DNA of 64,000 nt from Anthoceros angustus (GCA_010909165.1 MU008163.1:1736001-1800000), one strand, 5' to 3'; positions 1-14,551 are shown, counted from the stretch's first letter. Program-made: numbers and translations. The notes: generated by a model not told the origin, from the letters alone.

Positions 1-3000
1 GAAGGAGCCGGAGGAGGCCGAGGCCGGGCGAAGGTGCGGACCGCACAGGAAGGAGATGGTGGCCCTCGCAAGGATGGACGGAGGGGCTCGAGAGAGGAGC
101 GGCTGGTCCCATGAGCGAAGGGAAGCGTGCTCTATGGCGCAAGCTAGTCGAGCTCAGTGGCGAGGAGGAGGAGGCGGCGGAGGCTGGAAGTGTCGGAGAG
201 TAGCCTTGGCGGCCTCAAGAGATTCCGCCCGACTCCAGTTAAGCGGGCCTAGTGACGAGACGCGAAGCCGGCCAAGACGTCCAACTACCGAGCACCTGGA
301 GGAGGGGAGTACCGTGTGCCCGGCTCATGGGAGGAGGCACCACGGAAGGGAGGCTGGCGGTGTGACGCCCGACTAGCGAGACCCTGACCTACGGTCGAAC
401 CCCGCCGGACTAAAGACCAGCGGAAGGCCCCCCATGCAGCGCCCAGGACATCGTCCTTGCCCCTGCCCGTGAGTGTGAAGCGGAGGGAGAGGAAGGAGGA
501 GAAGAAGCGAGAGGATCTTTCCGAGGCGGGAGGACACCTGGCGACAACCCACCAGCCGGGCTCCTGTCCCCAACCGGGAGGCAAGAGGGCTGACTCGGAC
601 TCCCTCACCACCTCCAAGGCTAGCCCAAGATGGCAGGAGAAGGAGCTAGCGGCCAAAAGGGCCAAGGAGGTGGAAGGTCGGCCGAAACACTCAAGACCGA
701 GGTCCGATTGGTCTGAGACCTTGGTCGGGCTCCTGGTGGAGTATGGCGGTCCCTAACAGGCAGAGATGCCCGCACCCACGATGGACTTCTTGGGTGCCTC
801 CCAGTGGCCGTGAGGAGACACGGCAAGTTAAGCAAGCCGTCATGGACGGTATGCTCTGGGGTCTGCGGGCAGGCGGAGAAGACCCAAGTGGAGGCCACCA
901 TGGATGGTGGAGCTCGAGGGGCCAGCGGAGGCTGGCGGCCAAGAGGAAGGAGGAGACCCTCGCAAGAGTCAAGGAGGAGAAGTGCGGGAGCAGCAGGTCA
1001 AGGTCCGCCCACCATAACCGGGCCAGATCCTCCGGTGTGTGAGCAGTGAAGCAACACAGAGGCACGGCAAAGGCGAAGGACTTTGCAAGCGGAGGGAGGA
1101 GGCTGGGAGGAAGCCAGGCGGCGGAAGGAGCTAGGGACACGCCGAGACGGCTCGGCCGGGAGCAACACCAAGCCTGGGAGGCTGTGTGAAGGCGTGGGAG
1201 GCGAGGCCAGCAGAAGAGGACCACTCAGGCGAGACCGGCCAAATGTGGAGACGGCAGGGCAGCAGCCAACTCAAGACCGAAGGTGTGGCGGAAAGGCAGA
1301 CGCAGGCAAGCCGTGAAGAAGAAGAGGCCGGCAGGAGATAGAGGATCTCGGGCCACGGGGAGGCGAGGCGGAGGAGGCGGAGGCGGCGCGGAGGCTGAGG
1401 ATCGCAAGGAGACCACAGGGTGGCTCAAGACACGGTGGAACGACATGGAATTCTCAAAGGAGAATCATGGACCACGAAAGCGAGAGATCGAGCGCCTCAA
1501 CTTTGTTGGAGGGAGGAGGGAGGAAAATCTAAGGAGATGGACATCGCCGAGTTGGAGAAGGAGCCGGAGGAGGCCGAGGCCGGGCGAAGGTGCGGACCGC
1601 ACAGGAAGGAGATGGTGGCCCTCAAGGATGGACCCGGAGGGGCTCGAGAGAGGAGCGGCTGAGTCGGTGCCCGGAAGGCGAAGGGGCATAGCTCTATGGC
1701 GGCTAAGCTGTGAGAGCCCGGGCGAGAGGAGGAGACCCTCGCAAGGAGGAGGCGGAGGCTGAGGTAGCCTTGGCGCCTCAAGAGATTCCGCCCGACTCGG
1801 TTGGCGGGCCTAGTACGGGCAGCTCGGCCAAGCCGGCCAGTCCAACTCCAGGAGCACCTGCGGAGGAGGAGAATCTGGGTGCTCGGCTCATGTGGAGGAG
1901 GCAATTCAACAACTCGATTCGAGACTTTGCCTACTACCATAGAGCTCCTCAAGGCCCCCTGGAGGTCCCTAAGCCACCCCGTCAAATCGGACCCGGACTG
2001 CGGCCGAGGGAGGAGGAAGAGATGAAGGCCCCGGAGATAGTGCGTACCGGGACCTTGGGGCGGCTGATGGCAGACAGTGGTGTGGGAAGGGAGCACCGGA
2101 GGACCGAGACACGGCGGACCCTTTGGACGGTAAGTCCGTCGCACCACTACGGAGGAAGGAGGAGGGCCCGAGGGGCCATAGAAGTCGGAGGACTTGAGGC
2201 AGTGGGTCCGGTGGGTGAGGACGGACGAAAGTCTCAGGCTGAGAAGTCCAGAACCCACGAGTCCGGACCACGAGGTCCGGACTCAGTCGAGACCGGACCC
2301 CGAGGTTGGACTCGAATAAGGCGGACCCCGAGGTCCGGACCCTAGGTTGAGATGGACCCCGAGGTCCGGACTCAGTCGAGACCGGACCCGAGGTCCGGAC
2401 CACGAGGTCCGGACCACGAGGTCCGGACCGAGGAGACCCATCATGAGGTCCGGACTCAGTCGAGACCGGACCGAGGTCCGGACTCGAGAGGAGAGGGGAA
2501 TCACCACGGCTGCCTCAAAGTGAACCTTCTTGGGGACCCAGGCGGGGACCCAGGCGGGGACCCACCAGCGAGACAAGAGAGGAAGGCGAGGAGGACTTGG
2601 TGGTGACCGCCGTTGTCAGGCCGCCGCCGGTGGCTCAACCTGATAGAGTCTCGAGAAGGGGAAGGGGCCCCGCCTCGCGGATCATCCGATTGGGTGCGCC
2701 GCAACTGTTAGGGCTAGGGATTGGGCCACCAGCGGCTAAGGTCCGGACTCAGTCGAGACCGGACCCGAGGTCCGGACCACGAGATAGGCGGAATGGAGGG
2801 AAATAGTAGGCGGCATACATGGGGCTTCCTTGTTTGCCACCACCAGCTGGAATAGAGAATGTAATAAGGCGGCAGCCCTTGGGCGTAGTATAAGAGGGCA
2901 TAGGCCACTCTAGTAAAGCATCTTTCTTTTGGGGTGAATCAAGTGTTGCCCCTTAGAGAGACCCTTGTGTGTCATTTGCTACGCGAGTCCACAGTCAGGC

Positions 3001-3473
3001 GGGCACGATAGCCCGAAGATTGATCAAGGTCCCGTGACCCGGACCCTAACGTGTGGTGGTGTGCAGGGCGAACGATCGAGAGACCTTGCTCTTCCGAGGC
3101 CGGGGCCGGCGTTGGAGCGGAACGGGCGTAGGCAGTGGAACTCCGGGAGGCGTGTAGAGCCGGACGGAGGCTGGAGGCGGCAGCGAGGTCCGGACCACTT
3201 GATTTCAGCCACTTACTCTTCCCAAAGAGCGATGAGCGTGGTAAGTGGTGAGGAGAATGGACTAGAGCAGAGATTGGGCTGGTAGGATACAGACTGAGCA
3301 GGTCCTTAAACGTTTGGCCACGCCGGGCCTGTCGGTGGACGTTAAGAGTAGTTAGTAGTAAAACTGCGAGCACGCGCGCTTTGAGTCCGAAACGGTCACG
3401 ACGGTGAGGTGAGAATCGGTTGAGACGGTATGGCTGGAACTCATCATTCTCTTGGGAACGGACCCTTGTTACA
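1..3473. mobile_element. Degenerate GC-rich repeat, probably a retrotransposon fragment truncated by the window start
   Basis: Purine-rich broken E/K/R-rich ORFs; 1..~300 recurs at ~1557..1870; internal tandem array; ends in ...GACCCTTGTTACA (TG..CA-type terminus) directly against MULE sequence. No RT/integrase motif seen. Confidence 0.5.
2260..2782. repeat. Tandem array of GAGGTCCGGAC(C/T)-based units (long unit gaggtccggactcagtcgagaccggaccc)
   Basis: More than 10 copies visible directly; the core GGTCCGGACC is a perfect palindrome. Confidence 0.9.
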
Positions 3474-4872
3474 ACCATTTTGGATGCGCCCCCTTGGCGT
3501 CAAGAAAATCGCGCCACATGCTTGAGACCTCAAACAAAATAGGAGGTTTGGCTTCCACAATGCTTGGAATACCCATGCAGATTGCATCCAAGTCTCGACG
3601 TCGTTTCAGCTTCAACTCCTCCAAGCTACCTAGGTTGATGGGAAGAGGTGCCAGTGATCAGATTGCGCCCATCAGATTCGAACATGATTACCATGTGACA
3701 TCTCGTTCTCCACAACAAGATTTAGGTCAGGTAATGTTCTTTCTTTTTCTTGTGCCCGAACATAAGATCCATTGGTACACCAAGCAAGAGGCAATAACTA
3801 GGAAATATGTTCAAATATACCAAATAACTGTTGCACCTTCACAACATGTTTGCAAATGAATCCTTTTGGCCCCATCCTACAAGTACAAAATGCCCATGTA
3901 GAATGTGCAGCCTCAATGACGTAAACCTTGTCCCTATCCTCAGAGGACATGCAATATGCAACAAGAGACCCTAGACGGAATATGACCTCGTCCAGGATGG
4001 TGCTCAGCAAGACAAAACATGCTCATATACCTTCTCGAGCTTTGAATTCGGCTTGTAACCCCCAGCCTTGGTGAAATCAAGGTACCAAGAATGCATGCTA
4101 CCTGTTCACAAGTTGATGAAGCCAATCCATACGCCTTCGCAACGCAGCCTTGGTAAAAGATACTCTTTCCTTCAAGAATCGATGAAAGGCCTCCAAAGCA
4201 TACGTGGTATCTTGTCCAGCGTGGGGAAACATCCTACAGTTCTTCAACCACATGTTTGGCATAAAGAAATGCGAAACATTATTATACACAGCCGACACCA
4301 TGTGACCATCATTCAAGCAACCCTTACCGCACAAAGAAACTAGTGCACTTTGGGCAAAGAATAATACCTATAGAGTTACCCCATTGCTTCTTGAAATACT
4401 CAACGAAGGCTAGTTGACTTCCATGCCACTCCTTGTAGAAGAACTCTAAGATGCCACCCATCGATACCATCTTGTGTATTATGGCCTACAACATACATGA
4501 TCTCCGCAAGAGCTGCCCAAATCTTCTTCCTTACAATAATGCACTTTACATTATTTAAAAGGATCCGCTGCCATGCCTTCCTTACATGCCATAGACACAA
4601 CACAACATGTATGTTGGCCCCCCATACGTGTTTAAAGGCACCTATCTCTGCTAAACAATCATCAACTAGGAAGCAACTAGGGACCCATGTTGCACATGTT
4701 GTGAGAGCGACATGTTGTAGCGGCGCCAACCATGACACCAAAGAAAGTATAGTAGCCTCCTGTGTTAGTGCCCAAGTGTGGAATGGGTTTTTGCATCTGA
4801 AGACGCAAAGAGGCCACATTTACCCTCTATGTCGTTATAGTCCTAGGATTCGATCCCAAGGGAATGGTGTTG
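3474..4872 (-). pseudogene. MULE (Mutator-like) transposase, C-terminal part with SWIM zinc finger, disrupted
   Basis: ORF 4400-4819: FLVDDCLAEIGAFKHVWGANIHVVLCLWHVRKAW (second catalytic D and CxxH motif). ORF 3798-4010: CTCRMGPKGFICKH (SWIM). Multiple frameshifts. Confidence 0.8.
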
Positions 4873-7800
4873 TGTCAAGGTGTGCTAAATCTATGGATTC
4901 TAGACCCCCGCCGCCACCCCACCTTCTCCGGCTACTGCCCAAACCCACCACCGTGGTAGACTCGGCCACCGGTGGCGGTTCGCCGGGAGCCCTACAGCCC
5001 CGCCTTTGTGAGTCTATTCGTCACGACTTCTCTAACACGGACCTAGGCTATCGGACACCTATATCGCCTCACCTTGCCAGAATTTGCGATCCTACCACAC
5101 TTCCCACTCCTCGCGTTTCGATTTTCCCTCACGCTCTCACAATCCCTCGGTAGCGCTCACTACCCCTCAGGAACCTTTCCCAATGAACTCTCCCTCGTCT
5201 CACGGGCCACCACAGACCCTTCCTTGGCCACAGACCCCTCTCATGGAATGAACACACAGTGGCGGTTGGAAAAGAGGATCGGGAAAACCCGGTCGGTGCT
5301 TGGGCCTTCCAGCGGTTCCGCCTCGGCCGTCGCGGCACTCCTACCTCTTTTCGTGTGGCCGCTACCTTCCGGCGTGGAGCTTGGCCACTCCGCTCTCGAC
5401 CATCCGAGATCTTCCGGCCTTCTTGTGACGGAAGGCGGTCGCGAACCCGTTTGATCTTGACGGGCGTCTCCAATCAACCCCACTCGGCGGTTCGATACGG
5501 AAGTTCACACGAAATGCGCCTTGAGAGACACGGAGGGTCTCTTATACATCGGGTGTGGTCCAACACGGCTCACTTCTCTTTAGTGTCTAAAATTGTAGCT
5601 CCTACCACGGCGCCCTTACCAATCTAAGCAACAACGGCTCTGGTGATGGAACTCCCTATCCTCTCGCACGAAAAACCCGGTCCTAGGCTATCGCGACTCC
5701 CCTAAAATCAGCGCTGCCGCCTCGCGATTCTTTGCCTCGCCCTCGGCCCATGGGGACCCCTCTCGCTCTTGACCTCGCCAGTCAAGCGATTTTCCCCACA
5801 ACCTCCACCTCGCTCTCCTTTTGAATTTCCCTCGCGCCTTCCAGCGGGCGTTGCTTTGCCTCTATGTCCATTGTCCGCTCCTCCTCATTTGGACAACCAT
5901 CAATGCTCCTCCTCCATGCTCGCTGCGCCTCGCTCATCTCTTCCGGCACCACTTGCGGAGGATGGCGCCCGCTCCTACTCGAAGGAACCAGCAGTAGCGC
6001 TGTGGTCAAGATGTCTGACCGGTGGTTTACGCCCCTCCTGTCCCAACAACCACATACGTTTAGGTGAGCACCGCTCACCATGCGGCGAAGCGAGGACATG
6101 AGCATCCTCATCCGGGCCGTAACTGTCGCCCTTCGATCTGAGGTCCTTACCCTCTCCTCCGTGGACAATCACAGGCGGTGCTGATTCTCGGGATCATCCC
6201 TCCATCTGCGACACTCCGTCGGTGACTTCCCCACCTCGGTTCCCGTTCCACGGTGGCTGGTTTAGCCACCGTGGTGGTTCTTCCACGGTGGTTGTTTGGC
6301 TCCTGGGTGTTGCTCGGCCTTCTTGGTTTGGCCACCTCTCTCTTGACTCGGCCTAACCGTCTCTTTCCGCTTGTACCTCTCATGACTTCTTGAATTTCTC
6401 CAAGGCGCCATCGCTTCCACTGCTCCTGGACTCGCGAGACCTCATCTTGAAGCTCTTCAATTGTAGCATCGCCCCTTGACTGATTTACTAAAGCTTCTGC
6501 TGAGTGGACATGTGCCTTGCTCCTGTGCCTTGCATAAGGCCGCCCGCACTCCGTCTGCGCTCCTCGGCCGCCTTGCTCTCGCCTTCGGGCTCTCCAACTT
6601 CTCCTTGAGCAACTTCTCCTGGCCTTGCACACTCGGTGAGAGCCATGGGCTTGATCGAGGAGATCACTGCGTCATGCCATGGCGAAGTCAAACCACTGCA
6701 AATCCCAAATTGGGCTGTCCCTTGCCCATCCGCCTCCACAACAATTCTCGTGTCACGGTGTCTCCTATCCCCACCTCGGTAGGACGGTTCGGTGAAATGT
6801 CGCCAAAAATGTCCGGAGCTCGTTGCGGTCTCGGTGCTGAAGTTAACCCCTCCTCTCCTAGGGGTTGGTGCCTTGCCTCTTCCCGCTTCATTCTCCCCTA
6901 AGCGGCATTCATCCCACACAGGAGGGGCAACTTACCATTTCCCTTTACTTTTCCTCCTTTACGCGTTCTGCTGCGTCTTGACTGGTGACCACAGGTGTGG
7001 CTGTGGGTTCCTCCTCTGTGGCTGCCCTCCCTTCTTGCGATCCCGTTCGGCCGTTGCGCCCTTCGCTTCTTACCCTTGAAACTTCCCCACCCTCTTAGAA
7101 CCTTCGAGCGCACTCCCAAGCTGGAATCCTTGCCCGAATCCTCCTTCAATTCCTCCTCTTCTACCTTGAGTTCACGGGCTTCCAACCATGCGGGCGGACA
7201 CGACTTCAACTCCGTTAAACACCGGAATGCGCAAATACATGAATCGAGAAAAGGCGAAATCAAGGAGGGCCGAGGGAAGAGTAAATTCGCCTTCTCCTCA
7301 CAGGCTCTTTGAAAATCATCCTCCCCAATCAATTTGTGTACCCTTGACCACCTCGTGAAGAAAAACCAGAAGTGATCCGCCATATGATCCTTCCGGTTAC
7401 ATAGGAAGCACAAAATCCATTTGGCCAATCCCACCAGTGCTTGAACACGAGTTGGCGAGTCACCCGACCATTGTTCACTCTCACTTCCCAGGCTTCATGG
7501 CGCGGCTGCGCTTTCAAGGTCTTCTTTATTTGGGGTCAATCACCAAGCTCCCATCCTCGATGCTTCTCGCCCCTACTGCTCGAAGAGGCCAAATCCAGAT
7601 TCTGCGGCCTTTTCCTCGCGTCACCCTCTTGCGACTTGGTCCTTAATTGCGGGCGCACTCTTGCACCAATGGGTAGCACCATTTCTTCTCCATGAACTTG
7701 AGACCCGGCTCACACGGTGCCGGCTCTCACTTTCCAGTGGTCCATGTTGGGCCCTGCGTGAGTGAGATTTCGGCGCGGCTCGGGCGCCATCTCCTTCTCT

Positions 7801-8408
7801 CGTTGTCTCCCAAAACAAAACCTCGACTACCACCGGATCACGGTGAGAAGAAAAAAAAAATCGAGCCGCCCTCGCGCGCTCCTTCCACGCCTCCTCGCGA
7901 ACTTGCCGATTTCTCTCCTCCGCCGCCGCCCGCTCACGATCGTCGCGCCTTTTCCTCCTGCAGTGAGGCGGTGATTTGGCTGGCGTCGTGATGTGCGCGC
8001 CCCTCTTGCTGACTCCGCTCATTGCCCCTCACGGAAAGTCGCGACCTCGCGGTCTTGGGTGTGCCCTTCTCCCGATTCGCTCCGTGTGGTAGTCGCTCCG
8101 CCACTAGGGGTTGTAAATTCCCACAGTGCATGCGTTTCTCGGCCAGTGGTGGAACTAGCCACCACCCACTTGACTACTGGCTGGCATATTGTGAGCATCC
8201 CTAGCATATATAGACACCTTTTATTCTAAAATTCCCAATACCCAAGGACTCTATTTCTACCCCACCCCTCAGGGTCAAACCTAAGGGTCGAAAAATTATT
8301 ATTATCTCCAAGGGCCAAGGACCATTCCGTATAAAAGACCCGACTGACGATTCTCAAAGCACTACTATTCTAACACACCCAAAACAAAAAAAATCGTTCA
8401 CCCTGACA
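4873..8408. mobile_element. ~3.5 kb insertion nested inside the MULE transposase
   Basis: Begins TGTCAAGG and ends CCCTGACA (7/8 inverted match, TG...CA). Composition differs from flanks and MULE coding sequence resumes on both sides. No clean TSD or pol motifs. Confidence 0.55.
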
Positions 8409-9488
8409 CTTGAGAGCGGGGTTAGTTCACATGTGGTCTTCCACACCAAGCAACTGGAATACCATTAAGGTGTTGATCAAAAACCATGACCGTAAATAAG
8501 TGGTACCTATACTTGTTTATACCAAATGTGGCGTCCATGGCTAAAACACTATTGTTACCATGCTTGATGAACATCACGCATGAAAGGAGTTTGCAACCCT
8601 AAAACAAAAGGTTCACGAGTTCGATCTATGGAAGATAAGGTCAAGATTCACTTTGAGCCACATCTCAATGGACTTTACATCATCGGTCTAGTTTCCACTC
8701 ACTTCCACTTGTCGTTTCATGTTCAACACATCCTTGCGCGCATGTAGTCATCTCGACGTCACCACGCTCAAGTCCTATGTAGTGACTCATCTTCTCGTAC
8801 ACAACTGCAACATGTCGACGCATAATCTCCGACACAGAAACCTTGCAATAAAGACAATGTTTAACCCAATCCTTTTTCTCTTTCGAGATCCAAGGAGCTC
8901 TAGACAATTTAGGGTGTCTCACATACTGCGGACCATGATAGATATCACCTGCACGATCTACGTGCACTCCTTCATGAAGAAGGATTTGAGCAACTTCAGG
9001 GAATAAGCTAGCGCAACTGCTTCACAACAAAATTGGCCATACATCTGGTCTGCATCCGCACATTCTTGGGTGTGGTAGTAGCTCGGAAATCCTCCAGTCC
9101 ATATGAACACCAATACCTACATAGAAACACACGACAGCAAATACCAAGATTTGGCTTCAAGGCAAAGAAAGCACATGTACAGAGGCCACCAAGCCAGGAA
9201 ACCCAAGTGGTCAGGGAAATCAGTGCAGAGAACTTGGAAGTTGCAGAAGGTACCTGATATATGTGATTGCAAAGTGTCCAAGGACGGCACAATTGGTGGT
9301 GGTAGTGAAATTTGAGTCTTTGAATCCTTCCAATAGAAACTTGCAGCACATTTGAAGCCTTCACCAGAAATGAAATCTTCTACTCTACTCCATGGAATGT
9401 GGGCAATCTTCAAATCCTTCAAAACCTGCCAAGTTAGATTATCGATTCGAAATTGACCAAAATAAAATTGCACCTTAGGGCACTCCAT
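8409..9488 (-). pseudogene. MULE transposase, N-terminal part
   Basis: Manual minus-strand translation of ~8450-8575 gives HGNNSVLAMDATFGINKYRYHLFTVMVFDQHLNGIPVAW (first catalytic D of the MULE domain); upstream fragments from ATG 9488. Confidence 0.8.
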
Positions 9489-10435
9489 GGATGGAGCATG
9501 CTTGGCGGGCAGAATGCTTGGTTTAGGTTAATCTGTTTGTCTTTGGGTTGGTTTGTTTGAAACAGCCCACGCTCAGTTCATACTCCTCGCACACGGTTCT
9601 AAAATTAAGCATGGTTGGTTTACATCTCAACCTCGTTGTGGTGTGGGTGCGCATAATGGGGTTGTGCCATATGCTCGGCACAATACGGCAGTGACGTCTG
9701 TATGGACCGGTACATGGTGTTGTGTTTAATGTATACCATGATGAGAGAGAATCGTGATGGGCGAGGCATGGCATGCCACGCCAGATTTTACATGCGCGAA
9801 GCATTGATTGCTTCGGAGATTGAGACGCAGGCTGTAGCTGAGAGTGCCATGCGATTGCAGGCCTCCACGCCATTGATATATAGCCAATGCCCGGCCGGGG
9901 GTTAAGAGGAACATATTAGTCTATGTGGGAAATTCTACAATATTCGGGACTGTGGATGCAAACTAACCAATAGACCACTTTCCTTTATAAAAACGTCGCC
10001 TCCTCATGTCATGTGAGGTCAGGTCGCCTCCCAATGTCATGTGTGGTCAAGTTTGCGTGCGACTTAATGAGATCTAAGCGCATATGCACACACACATATA
10101 TGTAAAGTAAGGGGGCTTAGCTAGAGGGTCATACATATGCTGCTCGAGATACTACTAGGTCTTGGCAAAAATGCTACAACAGGTAGAGGCGTATGGATGC
10201 ACTCGGATGGATCTGTAGATGCACATCAATAACGCAAACAAGAGGGCATATACAAACTCATATTAACGACATTTTAAGGTCTGTGTATCAAGAACCAGTA
10301 TCATTGGTCACAACGGTATGCACTACTTCAACAATCCCACATAACTGGTAACAACGGCATTAAGGCATTCACACAAACTGGACAGTTTGTGGTAGGTTCA
10401 CCCCGGCTACCCAGAGCTAGCCTCGGTGGCCACAC

Positions 10436-11580
10436 TTATTCCACGGTCGTTGAATACATAGGTTCGACACTTCCTACCTGAGTCCTCCCCTGGGGTAGGT
10501 CCATTGCTTTGGTAGGAGATGAATTCTCCCCTACCTCCTTTCTGGTAGGAGATATGCATCCTACCACTTCGTTCGTAGGAGGTTTTTCTCCTACCATCTC
10601 ATTGTTAGGTGGTATTCCTCCTACCGCTGCCACTTTTGTAGCTGATGTCCCTACGGCGTCCGTCGTGAGGGTAGGAGATCATCCTCCTCTCTCGGCACAC
10701 TCGTCTGTGGGCATAATCCTCTCCATAGTTCCTCCAATGCCTACGGGGGCTAGTTCCCCCATCTCCTGGTCTCTTACCAAGGGCAATGAGCTCCCCTTGG
10801 TCTCCTCTGTGCCTACCCTTGTAGAAACACTGGTAAGATTAGGCCTACCTCTCTCTTCCTCACTCGATACCTCCACCAAGGAAGCTCCCACGGTGGTTCC
10901 GGTACCTTGAATTAAATCTTCGACGGCGGCCAGTGTCCATTATAGCTTCTCTCTTGTACCCGACCTACCTCAGCCTCCAAGGCTATTACTCCCTCAGATG
11001 TCAAAATGGCAAGATCCGTCTCTTCATCCTCCTCATTGTACCGTTCTTCGATTGTGTCCTGGAGGTTGTTGTAGTACATAACCACCCTGCCACTCTCTCG
11101 CTTCCGCGCATCCATGATCCTGGCTCTTAGTGGGTTTACGCGCTCCTTCCACTCAACTACATCCATCACCTTCGTTAAAGCGGTCTCTCTTTGGATCTCC
11201 GCCCTTTCCAGTTCCAAGGTGAGCCTCCCAATTTCCTCATCCTTACGCTTGGCATCCGTCACCAAGCATTTTACTACAATTGCCGTGGCCCTAGCTTGCT
11301 CCTCCTTGAGGGCTCGTGATAGCTTCCAGTAGCGTGACGAATCACAACACCGCCTTTTCCTACGCCTTCTTGCTTTTCCCCTACCCCATCTATGACTTGC
11401 AAGATCGTTCGATTGTTGTCGCTGCTGATCCAGGAGCTCCCTTGTGATGCGAAGCTCCTCCATGAGGCCTTTAGCCACGTTTCCCACTCTTGCTTTTCCT
11501 TTGCTAGCCTAGCATATTTCCCCTTGTAATACTCCTTCCTCTTGTCTATTGCTATCAATCTCTTTTGCAGGAGGTCCTTC
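10436..11580 (-). mobile_element. Broken coiled-coil ORF with C-terminal 10-aa VGxxxPxxxx repeats; likely TE accessory ORF remnant
   Basis: ORFs 11274-11558 and 10912-11487 are E/K/R-rich and helical-looking; 10436-10633 reads VGGIPPNNEM-VGEKPPTNEV-VGCISPTRKE-VGENSSPTKA. Confidence 0.4.
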
Positions 11581-11839
11581 TCATCTTCAAGAACATGATA
11601 ATATTTGAAGCGACTGAATATACAAACCCACTTTCAGAAACCCGGACCAATTTGAGATTCAATTGCATTGGCCCCAAAACCTGGATTCTTTAGCGTTCTT
11701 GGTTTATGCCTTTGTGCCTTCACATCGCCATATGCGTTTGGTCCGTTTGGACAAAATTTTGCCTCAAGATATGGTGCACGGCGCAATAACAACATCTTCG
11801 AGGTCCGGAAGTAGTGGGAACCATGTTGATGAAGAATAG

Positions 11840-14020
11840 AATGAAACTATTTTTGTTCCAAGGAAGGTGTCCAAGAAATAGAGTTAACTTGTAACTCCAC
11901 CGGCATCCTCCACCCTAGCTCGACTTTTTCTAGATTGTTCCTTACTTCCCTCGCTACAAAGGACGAATTTTCGGCCTTTTCCTTGTAGAGAATCTTTTTC
12001 AGTGGCATCACCCCTGCATATTGGCTCTGCTGCGGTATGCTCAACACTTTTTGCATTGTGCTCCTCAGTCTGCAGCACTGAACAAGAGGTTGCTAATGAA
12101 GAACTTCCATTGCAAGATTGCCCTTCAGGAGAGCTTGTCCTTGTGCCAAGACTGGGCCGCTCCAAATCAGATGCTCTGGTTTCTGTGGGCATCGTATCCA
12201 TCTCCTGGACCTCCTCGTCAGCTGCACTCTCTGCCTGCTCGTACGAATTGACTCACCATCTGGTTGCAACACCTCGGCAGAGAAATGCTCCCAGTCTGGT
12301 CCTTTGCAGTCTCAACATCACACAAAATTCCTCGGCAACCATCACCTAAATCAAACCTCTCAAAAGTACGTTCTCCTTTATCTAGTTTCCTGGTGCCTGA
12401 CGTCTGCAGTTTCTTTCCCCTCCGGCTACCACCAATCCCTGCCCTCCTACTTTGCTCCTTTGACACAGTACCAACTAAACGCCAAGTCGTTCCAAACTCT
12501 CCTGGCCATCCGTCACCTACACATCCTATCAATGGAATATTTGCTGAAGGGTCTTCCCCGTTGCCATTTTCCACAAGATCCTCTGCACCTCCCGTGCCAT
12601 CCCTGCTCCCCGCTTCCCTAGCCAAATCGGTGTGGATTGATGCAATTCTGACTCGGGGAGGCCTTCCACTCAACAGTTCAGCTGGACTGCATTCATCACC
12701 TCTCTGCACAACGACATCAGCCCAATCGGAAGAACGCAACAGTCCCTCATAGTAGGATTTAAGCTCCTTCGCCCGAACAAGGGCCGCCTCCCTGCTGTCC
12801 AAAAGGAGCTGCGCAATCTCCTTCACAGCAGCCACAGCCGATTCCGTAGGTTTGGGACACAAACACCACAGCCACTGTAGGCACCTTGTCCTCTCCCATC
12901 ACGGAGCAGGCATGACTCCAAACAGGTGAAGCAGAGTCCTCTTTGCTCATGGAAGGAGCCACAATGGTGACAAACCGAAATGCCCTGCCATCACCTTCCA
13001 CATGGTCTGCAGAGAAGCTCTCAAAGCTCTGTCCGGGGCTTGAGGTGCAGAAGAGAGCATCCGACACAGAAGGAAACAGAAATTTGCAGTACACTGAATC
13101 CCGGGAAATAATGCACATCTCCTGAGGGCGAGTGGTACCCAGGAATCCTGAGAAATAAATCCATTGCTGCCGCCCCAATCTAGCATCTAAACCGTGGGCA
13201 CCAGAACTGATGTGCCGCCTCAAAACCTTCCCATACCAGGAGCGGGACGTGGATGCAAGGAGCTTGCACACAGAAGCAGGTTTCCCCGCAGCATCCCTTG
13301 CAGCTGATTGAGCTCTGCCCCAAATTACCCAGATCAGCAACAGACAGATCAACAACATACATAAAACACTGCAGTCCAACCCAACAAACAGGACCCACAG
13401 CAAACACAACAATCCTCACAAAACTTATAGCGCAGTGGCGCGCAAAATTCACACCGGAACTCAGACAGGCCTCCAAATTCTTCGATGCAAAACCTAATCT
13501 CGATCGGCAGCTGACTTTCCCTCCGGCCACGCTGCGTCAATCCGGGTGTCGAGGCTTGAGCAAAATTACCCCTCCCCCCCAGCGGTGAAAGTTTAACCCA
13601 AACCTTAACTCCAGACACACATACATACAAACCAGTGACCAGTGTTGCCTTTCGGCTGAAGGACAGTTCTGCTGTTGAGCCTGCCCGCACTGCATCCCTG
13701 CGTGTCCTTGCAGTAGGCGGCTTAAACGGCGGCTTGATCTCTGGCCGCCCAGCTGGGAGAGGTGGTTGAGACCGTGAGAGATCGCAGGACTCACAGCGGG
13801 AGGAAGTAGGTGAGAAAGTTGGCCCTCGGCCCAGACGGACTTGGCCTGCCAAAGGTACCCATGACGACTTAGCATGACTGCAGGTTGGTGCATTCAGCAA
13901 AGCTGCTTTGCCGATGATCAAAGGTGTGGCCGCTGCAGGTGCGGTACTGTCGATAATCAATGGCCGCTGCTTAGCTCCGTAGTCGATCATTAAGCATGCG
14001 TGCAGTACCTTCATCAATGG
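11840..14020 (-). mobile_element. Fragmented ORF region, possibly a retroelement ORF1-like remnant
   Basis: Chain of overlapping broken minus-strand ORFs in a TE-rich context; no diagnostic motif recognised. Confidence 0.25.
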
Positions 14021-14551
14021 CCGCTAAATTTGAGCAGGAGTAGTTGTAGTCAGTTGCAGAATCTCGTGAGTCGCTGGACATCTGCTGCCAGCTTTGATGC
14101 AAGGTGTTCAACAGGTCTCTCATCGCCTTGTTACATATAAGGCATAGTTAGATCAATGTGACAAGAATACTGGAAGAAGGTATCTGTGCCTCATCAAGGT
14201 CCTCACATGTGTGGTGCTGTACATATGTAGAGATTTCATGTCCTCTGGATCAAGCATCAAGCTCCGTCATGTCTGTAATTCGTCCTCCTTCATCCCTTCA
14301 TCCTTTCCATTTCCATTTCCATTTCTAACAAGAGGTACTGAAAAAAAATTAAAGTTTAGGGATTATTGTTTAACCTTGCCGGTAAGCTTTCAAACGTACA
14401 AATGTACATGACTTAGCTCGCCGTAGCTCGCCGTTGAAGGCTGCTCAAGAGCATAAATGCACTGGACCGGATTGCTGCGCTCACTTTGACGCAATCTATC
14501 CTGGAGGAGGCTACACAGCTCTGGCCGGTCCACTGCAGGCAGGCCTGCACA

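Noticed and set aside
2260-2782. CRISPR or iteron array
   Set aside because: Units are mostly contiguous and irregular within a TE-like region; no spacer periodicity.
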